64,000 bases of DNA from an uncultured Pelagibacteraceae bacterium (GTDB lineage Bacteria; Pseudomonadota; Alphaproteobacteria; Pelagibacterales; AG-422-B15): assembly GCA_902525595.1 (NCBI GenBank), contig CABZHO010000002.1, forward strand, positions 24,395 through 88,394. Direction: 5' to 3'. Positions 29,466 to 40,191 of the stretch are shown here, in pieces (the stretch's first letter is position 1; each line of letters begins with the position of its first letter). Both the position numbers and the translations under genes were made by a program. Below the pieces are notes generated by a model. It saw only the letters and a program-made list of their open reading frames with translations, had not been told where the DNA came from and made no database searches.

Positions 29466-30905
29466 ATGCTAAAATTCACCAATTTACAACAGGAGTACCC
29501 TGAAAAGAGATTATCAAAGGAAAGAAAAAGAGACTTTCAAGAAATCTACGAGAACTTTATTAAAGACAGCGCAAAGGATCAATCAAGTCGATGTTCCCAA
29601 TGTGGTGTTCCTTATTGCACTGTTCATTGTCCATTACATAATCATATACCTGACTGGTTAAAATTAGCTGCAGAGGATCGTCTGCAGGAAGCTTACGAAA
29701 TTTCTTCAAGCACAAATAATATGCCTGAGATATGTGGTAGAATCTGCCCCCAAGATAGATTATGCGAAGGAAATTGTGTCATTGAACAGTCAGGACATGG
29801 CTCAGTAACAATTGGATCAGTTGAAAAATACTTAACTGATAATGCATTTGAAAAAGGTTGGATTACACCAATCAAAATTGAAAAAGAATTAGAAAAAAAT
29901 AGTAGCGTTGGAATAATTGGTGCCGGCCCTGCCGGCCTTGCTGCTGCTGAGGAATTGAGAAAAAAAGGTTACCAAGTTGATGTCTATGATCGCTATGACA
30001 GAGCTGGTGGATTACTCATTTATGGTATTCCAAATTTTAAATTAGAGAAAGACATTGTTCAAAGAAGAATGAAATATTTAGGTGACTCAGGAATCAATAT
30101 TCATTTAAATGTTGAAATTGGTAGAGATCTTCAATTTCAAGATCTGCAAAACAAACATGATGCTGTTCTAATTGCTACAGGAGTTTACAAAGCAAAAGAG
30201 ATAGGGCTCGGTGACAAAACAGATGACATCATTCCTGCTCTAGAATTTTTAATTGCATCTAATCGAAAAGGTTTAGGTGATCAGGTAAAATTATTTGACG
30301 ATGGTAATTTGAACGCGGAAAATAAAGATATAGTAGTTATTGGTGGCGGTGATACAGCAATGGACTGCGTTCGTACAGCAATTAGGCAAGAGGCAAACTC
30401 AGTCAAATGCTTGTATCGTAGAGACAAAGAAAATATGCCGGGCTCTGCAAGAGAAGTTAACAATGCAGAAGAGGAAGGTGTACAATTTTTGTGGCAATCG
30501 CTCCCAAAAAATATGAAACAATCTAACAAAAAATACAATCTTCAATGTGTAAAAATGAAATTAAGTGAACCTGACGCTGATGGTCGAAGAATACCTCAAC
30601 AAATAGAGGGATCAGATTTTAATTTAGAAGCTGATATGGTAATTGCCGCATTAGGTTTCTCACCTGAAGAACTACCAAAGTTATTTAATCTTAAAGAGTT
30701 ACCAGTCACCAAATGGGGCACAGTGAGAGTTGGGTTTAATACGATGATGACAGATATTGATGGTGTTTTTGCAGCCGGAGATATTGTAAGAGGTGCCTCC
30801 TTAGTTGTGTGGGGAATAAGGGATGGAAGGGATGTAGCTAATTCAATCCATAGTTATATCGAAGCAAAAAAATTATCAGAAATGAATAACGTAAAGGTCT
30901 CATGA
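29466..30905 (+). CDS. gltD: Glutamate synthase small subunit
   Basis: 479 aa. N-terminal Cys clusters, GAGPAGLAAA FAD/NAD motif, and AAGD near the C-terminus. Confidence 0.9.
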   Translation: MLKFTNLQQEYPEKRLSKERKRDFQEIYENFIKDSAKDQSSRCSQCGVPYCTVHCPLHNHIPDWLKLAAEDRLQEAYEISSSTNNMPEICGRICPQDRLCEGNCVIEQSGHGSVTIGSVEKYLTDNAFEKGWITPIKIEKELEKNSSVGIIGAGPAGLAAAEELRKKGYQVDVYDRYDRAGGLLIYGIPNFKLEKDIVQRRMKYLGDSGINIHLNVEIGRDLQFQDLQNKHDAVLIATGVYKAKEIGLGDKTDDIIPALEFLIASNRKGLGDQVKLFDDGNLNAENKDIVVIGGGDTAMDCVRTAIRQEANSVKCLYRRDKENMPGSAREVNNAEEEGVQFLWQSLPKNMKQSNKKYNLQCVKMKLSEPDADGRRIPQQIEGSDFNLEADMVIAALGFSPEELPKLFNLKELPVTKWGTVRVGFNTMMTDIDGVFAAGDIVRGASLVVWGIRDGRDVANSIHSYIEAKKLSEMNNVKVS

Positions 30906-33900
30906 GTAAAGAATTAACCAGATATAAAAAAAATAAAAATTTATTGGAAAATGCTCACCTTTATCACTCCAATCAAGAGCATGATGCATGTGGTGTTGGT
31001 TTCGTTGCCTCAGTTGACGGAAGGCAAAGAAGGGAGGTTGTGAAGGGAGGCATTGATGCCCTTAAAGCAGTTTGGCATAGAGGTGCTGTAGATGCGGATG
31101 GCAAAACAGGTGATGGAGCTGGAATATTGACTCAAATACCTGATAACTTCTTTGATGACGAAATTGCAAAAACGGGCCACGAAAAAAGAAAAGAACCTCT
31201 GGGAATAGGTATGATGTTTTTGCCTAGGAATGACTACGTTGCTCTTGAGAAATGTAGAACTATAATTGAGTCGGAACTTCTTGATCACGGATATTACATA
31301 TATGGCTGGAGGCAGGTACCAATAAACAACAGTGTAATTGGAGAAAAAGCAAATTCGACCAGGCCAGAAATTGAACAGGTAATGTTTGTCAATAACATTG
31401 AAAGAGGAAAAAATTTTGACTACTCGAAAGAGTTGTATCTCGTAAGACGTAGACTTGAAAAACGAATAGCTAAACAACAAATTAATGGCTTTTATGTTTG
31501 CTCGTTAAGTTTTGAGTCAATAATTTATAAAGGGCTTTTTTTAGCCGAACAGTTATCTATATTTTATCCTGATTTAGCTAATGAGAGTTTTGTATCTTCA
31601 TATGCAGTCTTTCATCAAAGATATTCAACAAACACGTTTCCTTCATGGGGATTAGCTCAACCATTTAGAATGTTAGCACACAATGGAGAGATAAATACAA
31701 TCTCAGGAAATACAAACTGGATGAGAAATCATCAAACTCGAATTGCTTCAGAAATTTTTGGTGATGATAGCGAACAGGTAAAGCCGATTATTGAAAAAAA
31801 TGTTTCTGACTCTGCCGCATTAGATGCTGCCTTTGAGCTCTATGTAAGAGCAGGGCGATCGGTTCCCCTTGTTAAAACTCTTTTAATGCCTGAGGCCTGG
31901 TCAAAAAGAAGCGAACTTATGCCAATCGAGCATAGAAATATGTATGAATTCTCAAATGCAATAGTTGAACCTTGGGATGGCCCTGCAGCAATAGCTGCAG
32001 TTGATGGCAATTGGATAATTGGTGGAATGGATAGAAATGGTCTTAGGCCAATGCGTTACTCAATATCCAGCGAGAATATAATATATGTTGGTTCTGAAAC
32101 TGGAATGGTAAGAGTAGACGAGTCGAAAATAATTGAAAAAGGTAGACTTGGTCCAGGGGATATAATTGGAGTTAATTTAAAAGATGGCAAAATTTACAGA
32201 GATAACGATTTAAAAAATTATTTAGCTTCTGAGTCTCCTTATGAAGACTATGTAAAAAAAATTATACGACTTGATAAGCGCGTAACAGTTTCAAGAGAAT
32301 CAACAGTCATTGAAGCTGATAAATTAAGAAAAAAAATGATTGCTGCGGGTTATACAATGGAAGAACTTGAATTAATACTTCACCCAATGGTTAGTGACGC
32401 TAAAGAGTCAACAGGAAGTATGGGAGATGATACACCAATTGCTGTTTTATCTGATAAATATCGACCGTTATCTCACTTCTTTAGACAGAAGTTTAGCCAA
32501 GTAACAAATCCCCCAATTGATAGTTTAAGAGAGCAAAGTCGAATGAGTTTGAAAACAAGGTTTGGTAATTTACAAGATATACTCTCTTCAAACCCGTATG
32601 AAGAAAATGTATTTGTAATTGACAGTCCTTTTATAACGAATGGTCTTTTTAAAAAAATATCTGTGCGCGGTAAAGAAACAACAACAATAATCGATTGCAC
32701 CGTTAATAAAAATGATTTTAATCTAAAAGAAGAAATCAAACGTATTCAATTTGAGTCAGAGACTGCTGTTTTGAGTGGTAAATCGCATATTATATTATCT
32801 GATACCAACGCAGACCACGATCGAATTTCGTTACCAATGATTTTAATTACTGCTGCAGTTCATACAGATTTAACACGCAAAGGCATAAGATCATTTGTCT
32901 CACTGCACATAAGGTCTGCTGAATGTCTTGATACTCACTATTTTGCAGTGCTTATAGGTGTTGGCGCAACAACTGTAAATCCGTATTTAGCATTGGATTG
33001 TATTTATGAACGTCAACAAAAGGGCCTATTTGGTGATATCTCATATGAAGAATGTGTTGGTCGTTATAAAAAAGCAATCGATCAAGGTTTGCTCAAAGTA
33101 ATGTCAAAACTTGGAATTTCTGTAATCAGTGCTTATCGAGGAGGTTTTAATTTTGAGGCAATTGGATTAAGTCGTTCAATGGTTAATGAGTATTTCCTAG
33201 GAGTACAAAGTCGTATGTCAGGTATAGGCTTGTCTGGTATTGAAAAGAAATTAACCGACCTTCATAAATATGCATACTCAGAGAATATTCAGACATTACC
33301 AATAGGAGGTATTTACCGTTATAGAAATGGTGGCGAAACCCATGCCTATGAAGGGAAATTAATACATCTTCTTCAAACAGCAGTTGCAGAAGACTCCTAT
33401 GAAATGTACAAAAAATATTCCAATTCAATGGCCAATTTTGCTCCAATTAATATTAGAGATCTTTTAGAATTCAAAGACAGTGACCAATCCGTTGAGTTAA
33501 GTGAGGTTGAATCGATAACTTCTATAAGAAAAAGATTTGGCACAGGAAGTATGTCACATGGTGCGCTTTCAAAAGAAGCTCATGAAACACTAGCAATAGC
33601 AATGAATCGTATCGGAGGAGCATCATGTTCTGGTGAAGGAGGTGAGTCAATTGAAAGATCTCGTCCTTTAGATAATGGTGACAGTGCTAATTCTAGAGTT
33701 AAGCAAGTGGCTTCAGCGAGATTTGGAGTCACAACAGAATACTTAAATAATTGCGAAGAAATAGAAATTAAAATTGCGCAGGGGGCTAAGCCTGGTGAAG
33801 GCGGCCAGCTTCCTGGTTTTAAAGTAACCACTGAAATTGCTAAGTTGAGACATTCGACAGAAGGCGTTACTTTAATTAGTCCACCACCTCACCATGATAT

Positions 33901-35422
33901 TTATTCAATAGAAGATCTTGCACAGCTTATTTACGACTTAAAACAGGCGAACCCTGATGCAAGGGTTTGTGTGAAGCTTGTAGCTTCATCGGGAATTGGG
34001 ACCATAGCAGCAGGTGTTGCAAAAGCTAAGGCAGATGTAATTTTGATTTCTGGTCATAATGGAGGAACTGGTGCAAGTCCTCAAACTAGTATCAAGTATG
34101 CAGGTATTCCCTGGGAGATGGGTTTAACAGAAGTAAATCAAGTTCTAACATTAAATGGATTGAGACAAAATGTTGTGTTGAGAACTGATGGAGGTATTAA
34201 AACAGGTCGTGATGTCGTTATCGCAGCAATTATGGGTGCTGAAGAATTTGGAGTTGGCACAACCTCCCTAGTAGCTATGGGATGTATTATGGTCAGACAA
34301 TGTCATTCTAATACTTGTCCCGTAGGTGTATGTACTCAAGATGAAGATCTTAGAGCTAGATTTTCGGGTAACCCAGAAAAAGTAGTAAATTTATTTAGCT
34401 TCATCGCTGAAGAGGTTAGAGAAATATTAGCTCAATTAGGCTTTAAGAGTTTAAGAGATATTATAGGTCGGACGGACCTCTTATATCAAATTTCAAGAGG
34501 GTCAACTCATTTAGATGATTTGGATTTAAATTCACTTTTAATTCAAGCTGAAAAGGATCCATACACTGAATATTTTAACCATTCTGAAATTAATGATGTT
34601 GGCGCTACACTTGATGAGAAAATTATTGAAGATGCATCTAAGTTTTTGCAAACTGGCCAAAAAACTGAATTAAATTACCCTATTAGAAATACAGATAGAG
34701 CTGTAGGTACAAGGTTATCTTCAACAATATATAGAACCTTTAAAAATAAAGAAGTAAAGAAAGAACACTTAACAATTAACCTGACAGGATCAGCAGGACA
34801 ATCTTTAGGGGCTTTTGCTATTAAGGGATTAAAGATTAATCTTTACGGTGACTCCAACGATTATGTTGGTAAAGGCTTATCTGGAGCGACTATTTCTATA
34901 AGGCCGCATAAAAACAGCAGTCTAATATCAAATGAAAATACTATTGTTGGTAATACCGTTTTATATGGCGCGACTTCTGGAGAACTGTATGCAGCTGGTC
35001 AAGCAGGCGAGCGATTTGCAGTTAGGAATTCAGGGGCAACAACTGTTGTAGAAGGTTGTGGCTCGAATGGCTGTGAGTATATGACTGGCGGGACGGTTGT
35101 CATACTGGGTAAAACAGGGGATAATTTTGGAGCAGGAATGACAGGGGGTATGGCTTTTATATATGATGAAGATCATAAATTTAGTCAAAGAGCAAATTCT
35201 GAAACATTACTTTTTGAAACTATCGCATCTGAATATTGGACAAATGAACTATACCAAATTATTGTTTCACATTATCAAAATACAGGAAGTATGCATGCCC
35301 AAGGCATACTAGATAACTGGGAAAGTGAGATACAAAAATTTATACACGTATGTCCAAAAGAAATAGCAAATATGCTTTCTCATCCGCTGGAATTCAAAAA
35401 CAAGTTAAAACAAATCAATTAG
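30902..35422 (+). CDS. gltB: Glutamate synthase large subunit
   Basis: 1506 aa. Ntn amidotransferase start HDACGVGF, plus FMN, 3Fe-4S and GXGXG domains. Confidence 0.95.
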   Translation: MSKELTRYKKNKNLLENAHLYHSNQEHDACGVGFVASVDGRQRREVVKGGIDALKAVWHRGAVDADGKTGDGAGILTQIPDNFFDDEIAKTGHEKRKEPLGIGMMFLPRNDYVALEKCRTIIESELLDHGYYIYGWRQVPINNSVIGEKANSTRPEIEQVMFVNNIERGKNFDYSKELYLVRRRLEKRIAKQQINGFYVCSLSFESIIYKGLFLAEQLSIFYPDLANESFVSSYAVFHQRYSTNTFPSWGLAQPFRMLAHNGEINTISGNTNWMRNHQTRIASEIFGDDSEQVKPIIEKNVSDSAALDAAFELYVRAGRSVPLVKTLLMPEAWSKRSELMPIEHRNMYEFSNAIVEPWDGPAAIAAVDGNWIIGGMDRNGLRPMRYSISSENIIYVGSETGMVRVDESKIIEKGRLGPGDIIGVNLKDGKIYRDNDLKNYLASESPYEDYVKKIIRLDKRVTVSRESTVIEADKLRKKMIAAGYTMEELELILHPMVSDAKESTGSMGDDTPIAVLSDKYRPLSHFFRQKFSQVTNPPIDSLREQSRMSLKTRFGNLQDILSSNPYEENVFVIDSPFITNGLFKKISVRGKETTTIIDCTVNKNDFNLKEEIKRIQFESETAVLSGKSHIILSDTNADHDRISLPMILITAAVHTDLTRKGIRSFVSLHIRSAECLDTHYFAVLIGVGATTVNPYLALDCIYERQQKGLFGDISYEECVGRYKKAIDQGLLKVMSKLGISVISAYRGGFNFEAIGLSRSMVNEYFLGVQSRMSGIGLSGIEKKLTDLHKYAYSENIQTLPIGGIYRYRNGGETHAYEGKLIHLLQTAVAEDSYEMYKKYSNSMANFAPINIRDLLEFKDSDQSVELSEVESITSIRKRFGTGSMSHGALSKEAHETLAIAMNRIGGASCSGEGGESIERSRPLDNGDSANSRVKQVASARFGVTTEYLNNCEEIEIKIAQGAKPGEGGQLPGFKVTTEIAKLRHSTEGVTLISPPPHHDIYSIEDLAQLIYDLKQANPDARVCVKLVASSGIGTIAAGVAKAKADVILISGHNGGTGASPQTSIKYAGIPWEMGLTEVNQVLTLNGLRQNVVLRTDGGIKTGRDVVIAAIMGAEEFGVGTTSLVAMGCIMVRQCHSNTCPVGVCTQDEDLRARFSGNPEKVVNLFSFIAEEVREILAQLGFKSLRDIIGRTDLLYQISRGSTHLDDLDLNSLLIQAEKDPYTEYFNHSEINDVGATLDEKIIEDASKFLQTGQKTELNYPIRNTDRAVGTRLSSTIYRTFKNKEVKKEHLTINLTGSAGQSLGAFAIKGLKINLYGDSNDYVGKGLSGATISIRPHKNSSLISNENTIVGNTVLYGATSGELYAAGQAGERFAVRNSGATTVVEGCGSNGCEYMTGGTVVILGKTGDNFGAGMTGGMAFIYDEDHKFSQRANSETLLFETIASEYWTNELYQIIVSHYQNTGSMHAQGILDNWESEIQKFIHVCPKEIANMLSHPLEFKNKLKQIN

Positions 35423-36528
35423 ATAAAACTCTTAGATTAAAAGAGCTCATTGTCGAAAATGGTTTTGATACTTTTGGCATTGTAAATACTGACACAGATT
35501 TAGACTTCAAAAAAGAATTAGATGAATTCTTAAAAAATAACCATCATGGTGATATGGATTGGATGAAAGAAAGATCGCATCTTAGGTCGAATCCAAATAT
35601 CTTATGGAATGAGGCTAAGTCAATAATTGTACTTGGTATGAATTATCATTATAAATGTAACTCCCTAGAACTTCTTCAAAAAAAAGACAAAGGTATTATT
35701 TCAGTCTATTCGAGAAATACTGATTATCATAAAGTCATAAAAAAAAAATTGAAGAAACTTTCTTTTGAAATATCTAAGCTATTAGATTGCAACTTTAAAT
35801 ACTTTGTTGACACCGCACCTGTAATGGAAAAACCAATTTCCATGAGAGGTGGCATTGGTTGGCAAGGCAAACATACAAATCTTGTATCAAAAAATTTTGG
35901 TTCATGGCTATTTCTCTCTTCAATTTTCATAGATAAAAAAATTAATAATACTCAAGCAGAAGTTAACCATTGTGGGTCGTGTAGCAGTTGTATCGATATC
36001 TGTCCAACATCAGCAATAATCGAGCCGTATAAATTAGATGCTACTAAGTGTATTTCATATCTGACGATTGAGTATAAAGGGGTCATTGACGAACGCTTTA
36101 GAAAGTTAATTGGTAATAGAATTTATGGATGTGATGACTGTTTAGCGGCATGTCCGTGGAATAAATTTGCAAAAAAATCTAAGGAAATTAATTTCCATCC
36201 AAAAAAAGAGTTTTTAAATCCTGATTTAGGTAATTTTCTAAACTTAAATGAAGAGGACTTTAAAAAAAAATTTTCTAAATCAAGTATTAAGAGGATTGGC
36301 AGAGACAGATTTATAAGAAATGTTTTGATCGCTGTTGGAAATAGCAAAAATAAAAAGTATTTAAAAGACGTAATCTTATTACTGGAGGATGAGTCCTTTA
36401 TCGTAAGAGGAATGGCAGTTTGGTCCTTAAAACAATTACTTGGATACCAAAAAATTGAGGATTATAAAAATAAATATTTTTCAAAAGAAAATAATAAGCA
36501 CGTAAAACAAGAATGGTTAAATTGTTAA
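35350..36528 (+). CDS. queG: Epoxyqueuosine reductase
   Basis: HGDMDWM, 4Fe-4S motifs CGSCSSCIDICP and CDDCLAACP, and C-terminal HEAT-like repeats. The only canonical start overlaps gltB by 73 nt. Confidence 0.8.
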   Translation: MSKRNSKYAFSSAGIQKQVKTNQLDKTLRLKELIVENGFDTFGIVNTDTDLDFKKELDEFLKNNHHGDMDWMKERSHLRSNPNILWNEAKSIIVLGMNYHYKCNSLELLQKKDKGIISVYSRNTDYHKVIKKKLKKLSFEISKLLDCNFKYFVDTAPVMEKPISMRGGIGWQGKHTNLVSKNFGSWLFLSSIFIDKKINNTQAEVNHCGSCSSCIDICPTSAIIEPYKLDATKCISYLTIEYKGVIDERFRKLIGNRIYGCDDCLAACPWNKFAKKSKEINFHPKKEFLNPDLGNFLNLNEEDFKKKFSKSSIKRIGRDRFIRNVLIAVGNSKNKKYLKDVILLLEDESFIVRGMAVWSLKQLLGYQKIEDYKNKYFSKENNKHVKQEWLNC

Positions 36529-36529
36529 G

Positions 36530-37378
36530 ATGATATTTATATTTGGATATGGTTATACAGCAAATTTTCTTTGTGAAAAAATTATAGATCAAAAAATATT
36601 TGCTACTTCACGTAGTAGTGAAAATAAAGAACAAGCTCATAAAAATATTTCAATAATTAGTCCACTGGAAACAGAATATATTCTTGAAAAATATACAGAT
36701 GAAATTTCTCATATTCTTATTTCAGTTCCTCCAGATAATGGTGGAGATATATTCTTAAGAACTGTAAGCTTTGATTTGACAAGGCTAAATCAACTTAAAT
36801 GGATTGGCTATCTCTCTGCAACAAGTGTTTATGGTGACCACCAGGGCCGATATGTCGACGAAAATTCTGAATTGCTCACTGTCTCTAAAAGAGGCAAAAA
36901 TCGAAAGTTAGCTGAAGACCAATGGCATAAGATTGCAAAGAATCAAAATCTACCTCTTCATATATTTCGGATTGCTGGAATATATGGCCCTGAAAGAAAC
37001 ATGCTTGAAAGAATTAAATCAGGAAATTATGTAAAAGTAATTAAGAAAGGGCATTTCTTCTCTAGAATCCATGTCAATGATTTGACAAATACGTTAATAG
37101 CATCAATGCATAAACCCAATCCAATAAGTGTATATAATATTGCTGATGACCACCCGTCATCCATTGACGAAGTAACTGATTATATTGCTAAGAATATTTC
37201 AATTACGGTTACTGAAGAAATAAATTATGAGGATTTTAGTAAAAAGGAACAAGCTGAAAGCTTTTTCTCTGAAAATAAAAAAGTAAATAACAAACTTATT
37301 AAAGAGGAGCTTGGAATCATTCTAGAGTATCCATCATATAAAGAAGGATATAATAAAATTATTAATCTGACTGATTAA
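36530..37378 (+). CDS. NAD-dependent epimerase/SDR-family protein
   Basis: 282 aa. IFGYGYTA Rossmann-like N-terminus and YG...K region. Confidence 0.55.
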   Translation: MIFIFGYGYTANFLCEKIIDQKIFATSRSSENKEQAHKNISIISPLETEYILEKYTDEISHILISVPPDNGGDIFLRTVSFDLTRLNQLKWIGYLSATSVYGDHQGRYVDENSELLTVSKRGKNRKLAEDQWHKIAKNQNLPLHIFRIAGIYGPERNMLERIKSGNYVKVIKKGHFFSRIHVNDLTNTLIASMHKPNPISVYNIADDHPSSIDEVTDYIAKNISITVTEEINYEDFSKKEQAESFFSENKKVNNKLIKEELGIILEYPSYKEGYNKIINLTD

Positions 37379-38265
37379 ATGCCTGTATTCGACTCAACTT
37401 GTAGCCTACTTATCGCTATACCCATGACAACAAGAATAACGCCAATTAATAATGAGAATTTTAGAGGTTCATTCATTAATACCCAGCCATAAAATATTCC
37501 AAATACTGGAATAAGGTAAGCAACTTGCATCATGAATGTTGTTCCAGCAGTTCTAATCAATACTTGTCTGAGACTGAATGCAAGACCAGTTGGAATTATG
37601 CCTAGGTAAAATAATGCAGTAATTGCAGTAATATTTATTTCATAATTTATTGGTTCAGCAAACAATAGCATAAGAGGAAGCAGCCAAATACTTCCCCATG
37701 CGAGAGTATTCATGGTTACCATATCAGATGGCAGGTTTGAAACTTTTCTTATAATTAAATTTGACACCACATACGAGCAACCTGCTAAGTAGATTGCAAG
37801 TGCACCAATAAAACTTGATAAATCTGTCACAAAAACTTGTACACCCACAGCAAATATAACGCCGGAAAATCCAATAATAGTTCCAATTATCTTTCTTAAA
37901 TTTAATTTTTCATTATCAGTGAAATAGTGTGCCAATATTAGGGCGAGGAAAGGGTTAGCAGACATTATAATTACTCCAATGTTACTTGGTAGTGTTAATA
38001 GCCCATAGGGAATAAGAGTGAATGGAATTGCGGCATTAAAGAGGCCAATAATAGCATATCTGTAAGTATTTTTTTGAAAAAATTGTAGACTTCCTGCTCG
38101 GTACAAGATGGCTAACAGAAGAACAGCCGCTCCAATAAAAGTTCTAAAAAATCCAATCTCTATTGGATTAAACATCAAATTACTAAATTTGATAGCTACA
38201 AAAGAACCTCCCCAAACAGCTCCAAGAAATATTAAGAGTGAATAGTTGTTAAAAGATGAATTCAT
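37375..38265 (-). CDS. EamA/DMT-family transporter
   Basis: 296 aa with about 10 TM helices. Confidence 0.7.
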   Translation of the reverse strand: MNSSFNNYSLLIFLGAVWGGSFVAIKFSNLMFNPIEIGFFRTFIGAAVLLLAILYRAGSLQFFQKNTYRYAIIGLFNAAIPFTLIPYGLLTLPSNIGVIIMSANPFLALILAHYFTDNEKLNLRKIIGTIIGFSGVIFAVGVQVFVTDLSSFIGALAIYLAGCSYVVSNLIIRKVSNLPSDMVTMNTLAWGSIWLLPLMLLFAEPINYEINITAITALFYLGIIPTGLAFSLRQVLIRTAGTTFMMQVAYLIPVFGIFYGWVLMNEPLKFSLLIGVILVVMGIAISRLQVESNTGI

Positions 38266-39011
38266 TTTATTAATTCATTAATATTTTCATATAGTGTATG
38301 TAAATCAGTCTCCCTTGACAGACTATGATCACCATCATTTATAATGATAAGTTTTTTATTTTTTGTTTCTAATAATTCAATAATCTTTTCAGATGTGCTA
38401 AAATGTACTACTTGATCTTTTCGTCCGTGTAGAAGTCTTACGGGGCATGAAATGTTTATTGGCCCTTTAAGAAGCATATTTTTCTTTCCATCCTCAAGAA
38501 ACTTATATGTAATGGTATAATCTTCGGAGTATTTATCCCAATTAATAACAATTTTACCTTCAGTCCTTATTTTTTCCTTCTGTTCATCACTTAGTCGTTC
38601 CCATTCACCTACAACGAAATCTGGAGCAGATGCTATGCCTACCAAACCATTTACATACAGAAAATTATTCATCGTTACAATTAACGATATCCATCCACCC
38701 ATACTCGAGCCAACAATAATATTTTTATTTGTTCTAAATTTTTCAAATATCTCACTTGCTTCGATAGTCCATTTGCTAATACCACCATCTTCAAATGCAC
38801 CTTTTGAAATACCATGGCCCGAATAGTCGAATCTTACAAAATTTAAATGATTGTCGATGCACCATTTACTTAGCGCCGTTGCTTTTGTTCCATCCATACT
38901 TGAACTGTACCCACCAAAAAAGAAAATGGTTATTTCAGAATTTAAATTATCTCTTGAATAGGCGATTTGCTCATTAAAAGAAGAATTGATGAAGTTTATT
39001 TTATCTTTCAT
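38262..39011 (-). CDS. Alpha/beta-hydrolase fold protein
   Basis: Nucleophile elbow GSSMGG, plus downstream D and H (DGDHSL). Confidence 0.7.
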   Translation of the reverse strand: MKDKINFINSSFNEQIAYSRDNLNSEITIFFFGGYSSSMDGTKATALSKWCIDNHLNFVRFDYSGHGISKGAFEDGGISKWTIEASEIFEKFRTNKNIIVGSSMGGWISLIVTMNNFLYVNGLVGIASAPDFVVGEWERLSDEQKEKIRTEGKIVINWDKYSEDYTITYKFLEDGKKNMLLKGPINISCPVRLLHGRKDQVVHFSTSEKIIELLETKNKKLIIINDGDHSLSRETDLHTLYENINELIK

Positions 39012-39051
39012 AATGATTTACTATTATTCATTTAACTATTAGAAATACTAT

Positions 39052-40191
39052 ATGCAATCAAAAATTTGTGTATTGCAAGTTATACCTAATCTTGATGTGA
39101 GTGGTGCTTCTCAAGGATGTATTGATATTGCAAATTTTTTATCTGAAAAAAAATATAGTTCTTATATTTTAACATCTGCAGGCGATAAGATCAGTGAGGT
39201 AAACAATTTTGAAGATAAGGTTTTTAATGCACCAGTTCACTCAAAAAATCCATTTATAATATTTTTAAACGTTTTAAAAATTATAAAACTTATTAAAAAG
39301 TTAAATATAAATATCGTACATACCAGAAGTAGAGCTCCTGCATGGAGTTCATATTTTGCATGTGTTATAACAGGTACTAAATTTGTTACTACGTTCCATG
39401 GTACATACAATTTTAATAATCCTATTAAGAAATATTATAATTCCATAATGTTGAAGACCAATGGAACAATTGCAATTTCTAATTTTATTAATAGACACAT
39501 CTGGGATCATTATCCAAAAAAAAATAATAACATAAAAACTATTGTCCGTGGTATCGATTTAGATTTTTTCAATCCTCATGAATGTAATCCAAATCAACAA
39601 GAAGTAATTATAAAAAAATTTAATATTGATAAGGGAGCAATTAAAATACTTCTTGCAGGAAGAATTACTGCTTGGAAAGGGCATATGTTGGTTCTTCAAG
39701 CATTTGCAAAGATAAAAGCTAACACTAAAAAGAAAATTGAGATTATTTTTGTTGGACCGGATGATAATGACAAACTCAAGAATGCTCTCAAAAAATTTGC
39801 CACTGAAAATAACTTAGCAAAATTAATTCATTTTGTTGGCTCTCGAAGTGATCTCAATAATTTTTATGGGTTAGTTGATTTTGTAGTTTCTGCATCAACA
39901 GATCCAGAGGCTTTTGGAAGAATAGCCGTAGAGGCCCAAGCTATGGGTAAATTTGTAATTGCCTCAAATCATGGCGGATCGACGGAGACTGTCATAAACG
40001 GCAAAACAGGGTATTTATTTGAAAACAATAACCCTGATGATTTATGCAATAAAATACTTGATGCCATTGATAAAGAGAAACATACATCAAAAGATACTTT
40101 GAAAGCATGTATTCAGCATGTGCAGAAAAAATACTCAAAGATAAAAATGTGCGAAGAGACACTTAATTTTTATAATGAAGTTTTAAATTAA
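39052..40191 (+). CDS. Glycosyltransferase family 4 (group 1)
   Basis: 379 aa. C-terminal EAFGRIAVEAQAMGKFVIASNHGG (E-x7-E type) motif. Confidence 0.75.
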   Translation: MQSKICVLQVIPNLDVSGASQGCIDIANFLSEKKYSSYILTSAGDKISEVNNFEDKVFNAPVHSKNPFIIFLNVLKIIKLIKKLNINIVHTRSRAPAWSSYFACVITGTKFVTTFHGTYNFNNPIKKYYNSIMLKTNGTIAISNFINRHIWDHYPKKNNNIKTIVRGIDLDFFNPHECNPNQQEVIIKKFNIDKGAIKILLAGRITAWKGHMLVLQAFAKIKANTKKKIEIIFVGPDDNDKLKNALKKFATENNLAKLIHFVGSRSDLNNFYGLVDFVVSASTDPEAFGRIAVEAQAMGKFVIASNHGGSTETVINGKTGYLFENNNPDDLCNKILDAIDKEKHTSKDTLKACIQHVQKKYSKIKMCEETLNFYNEVLN

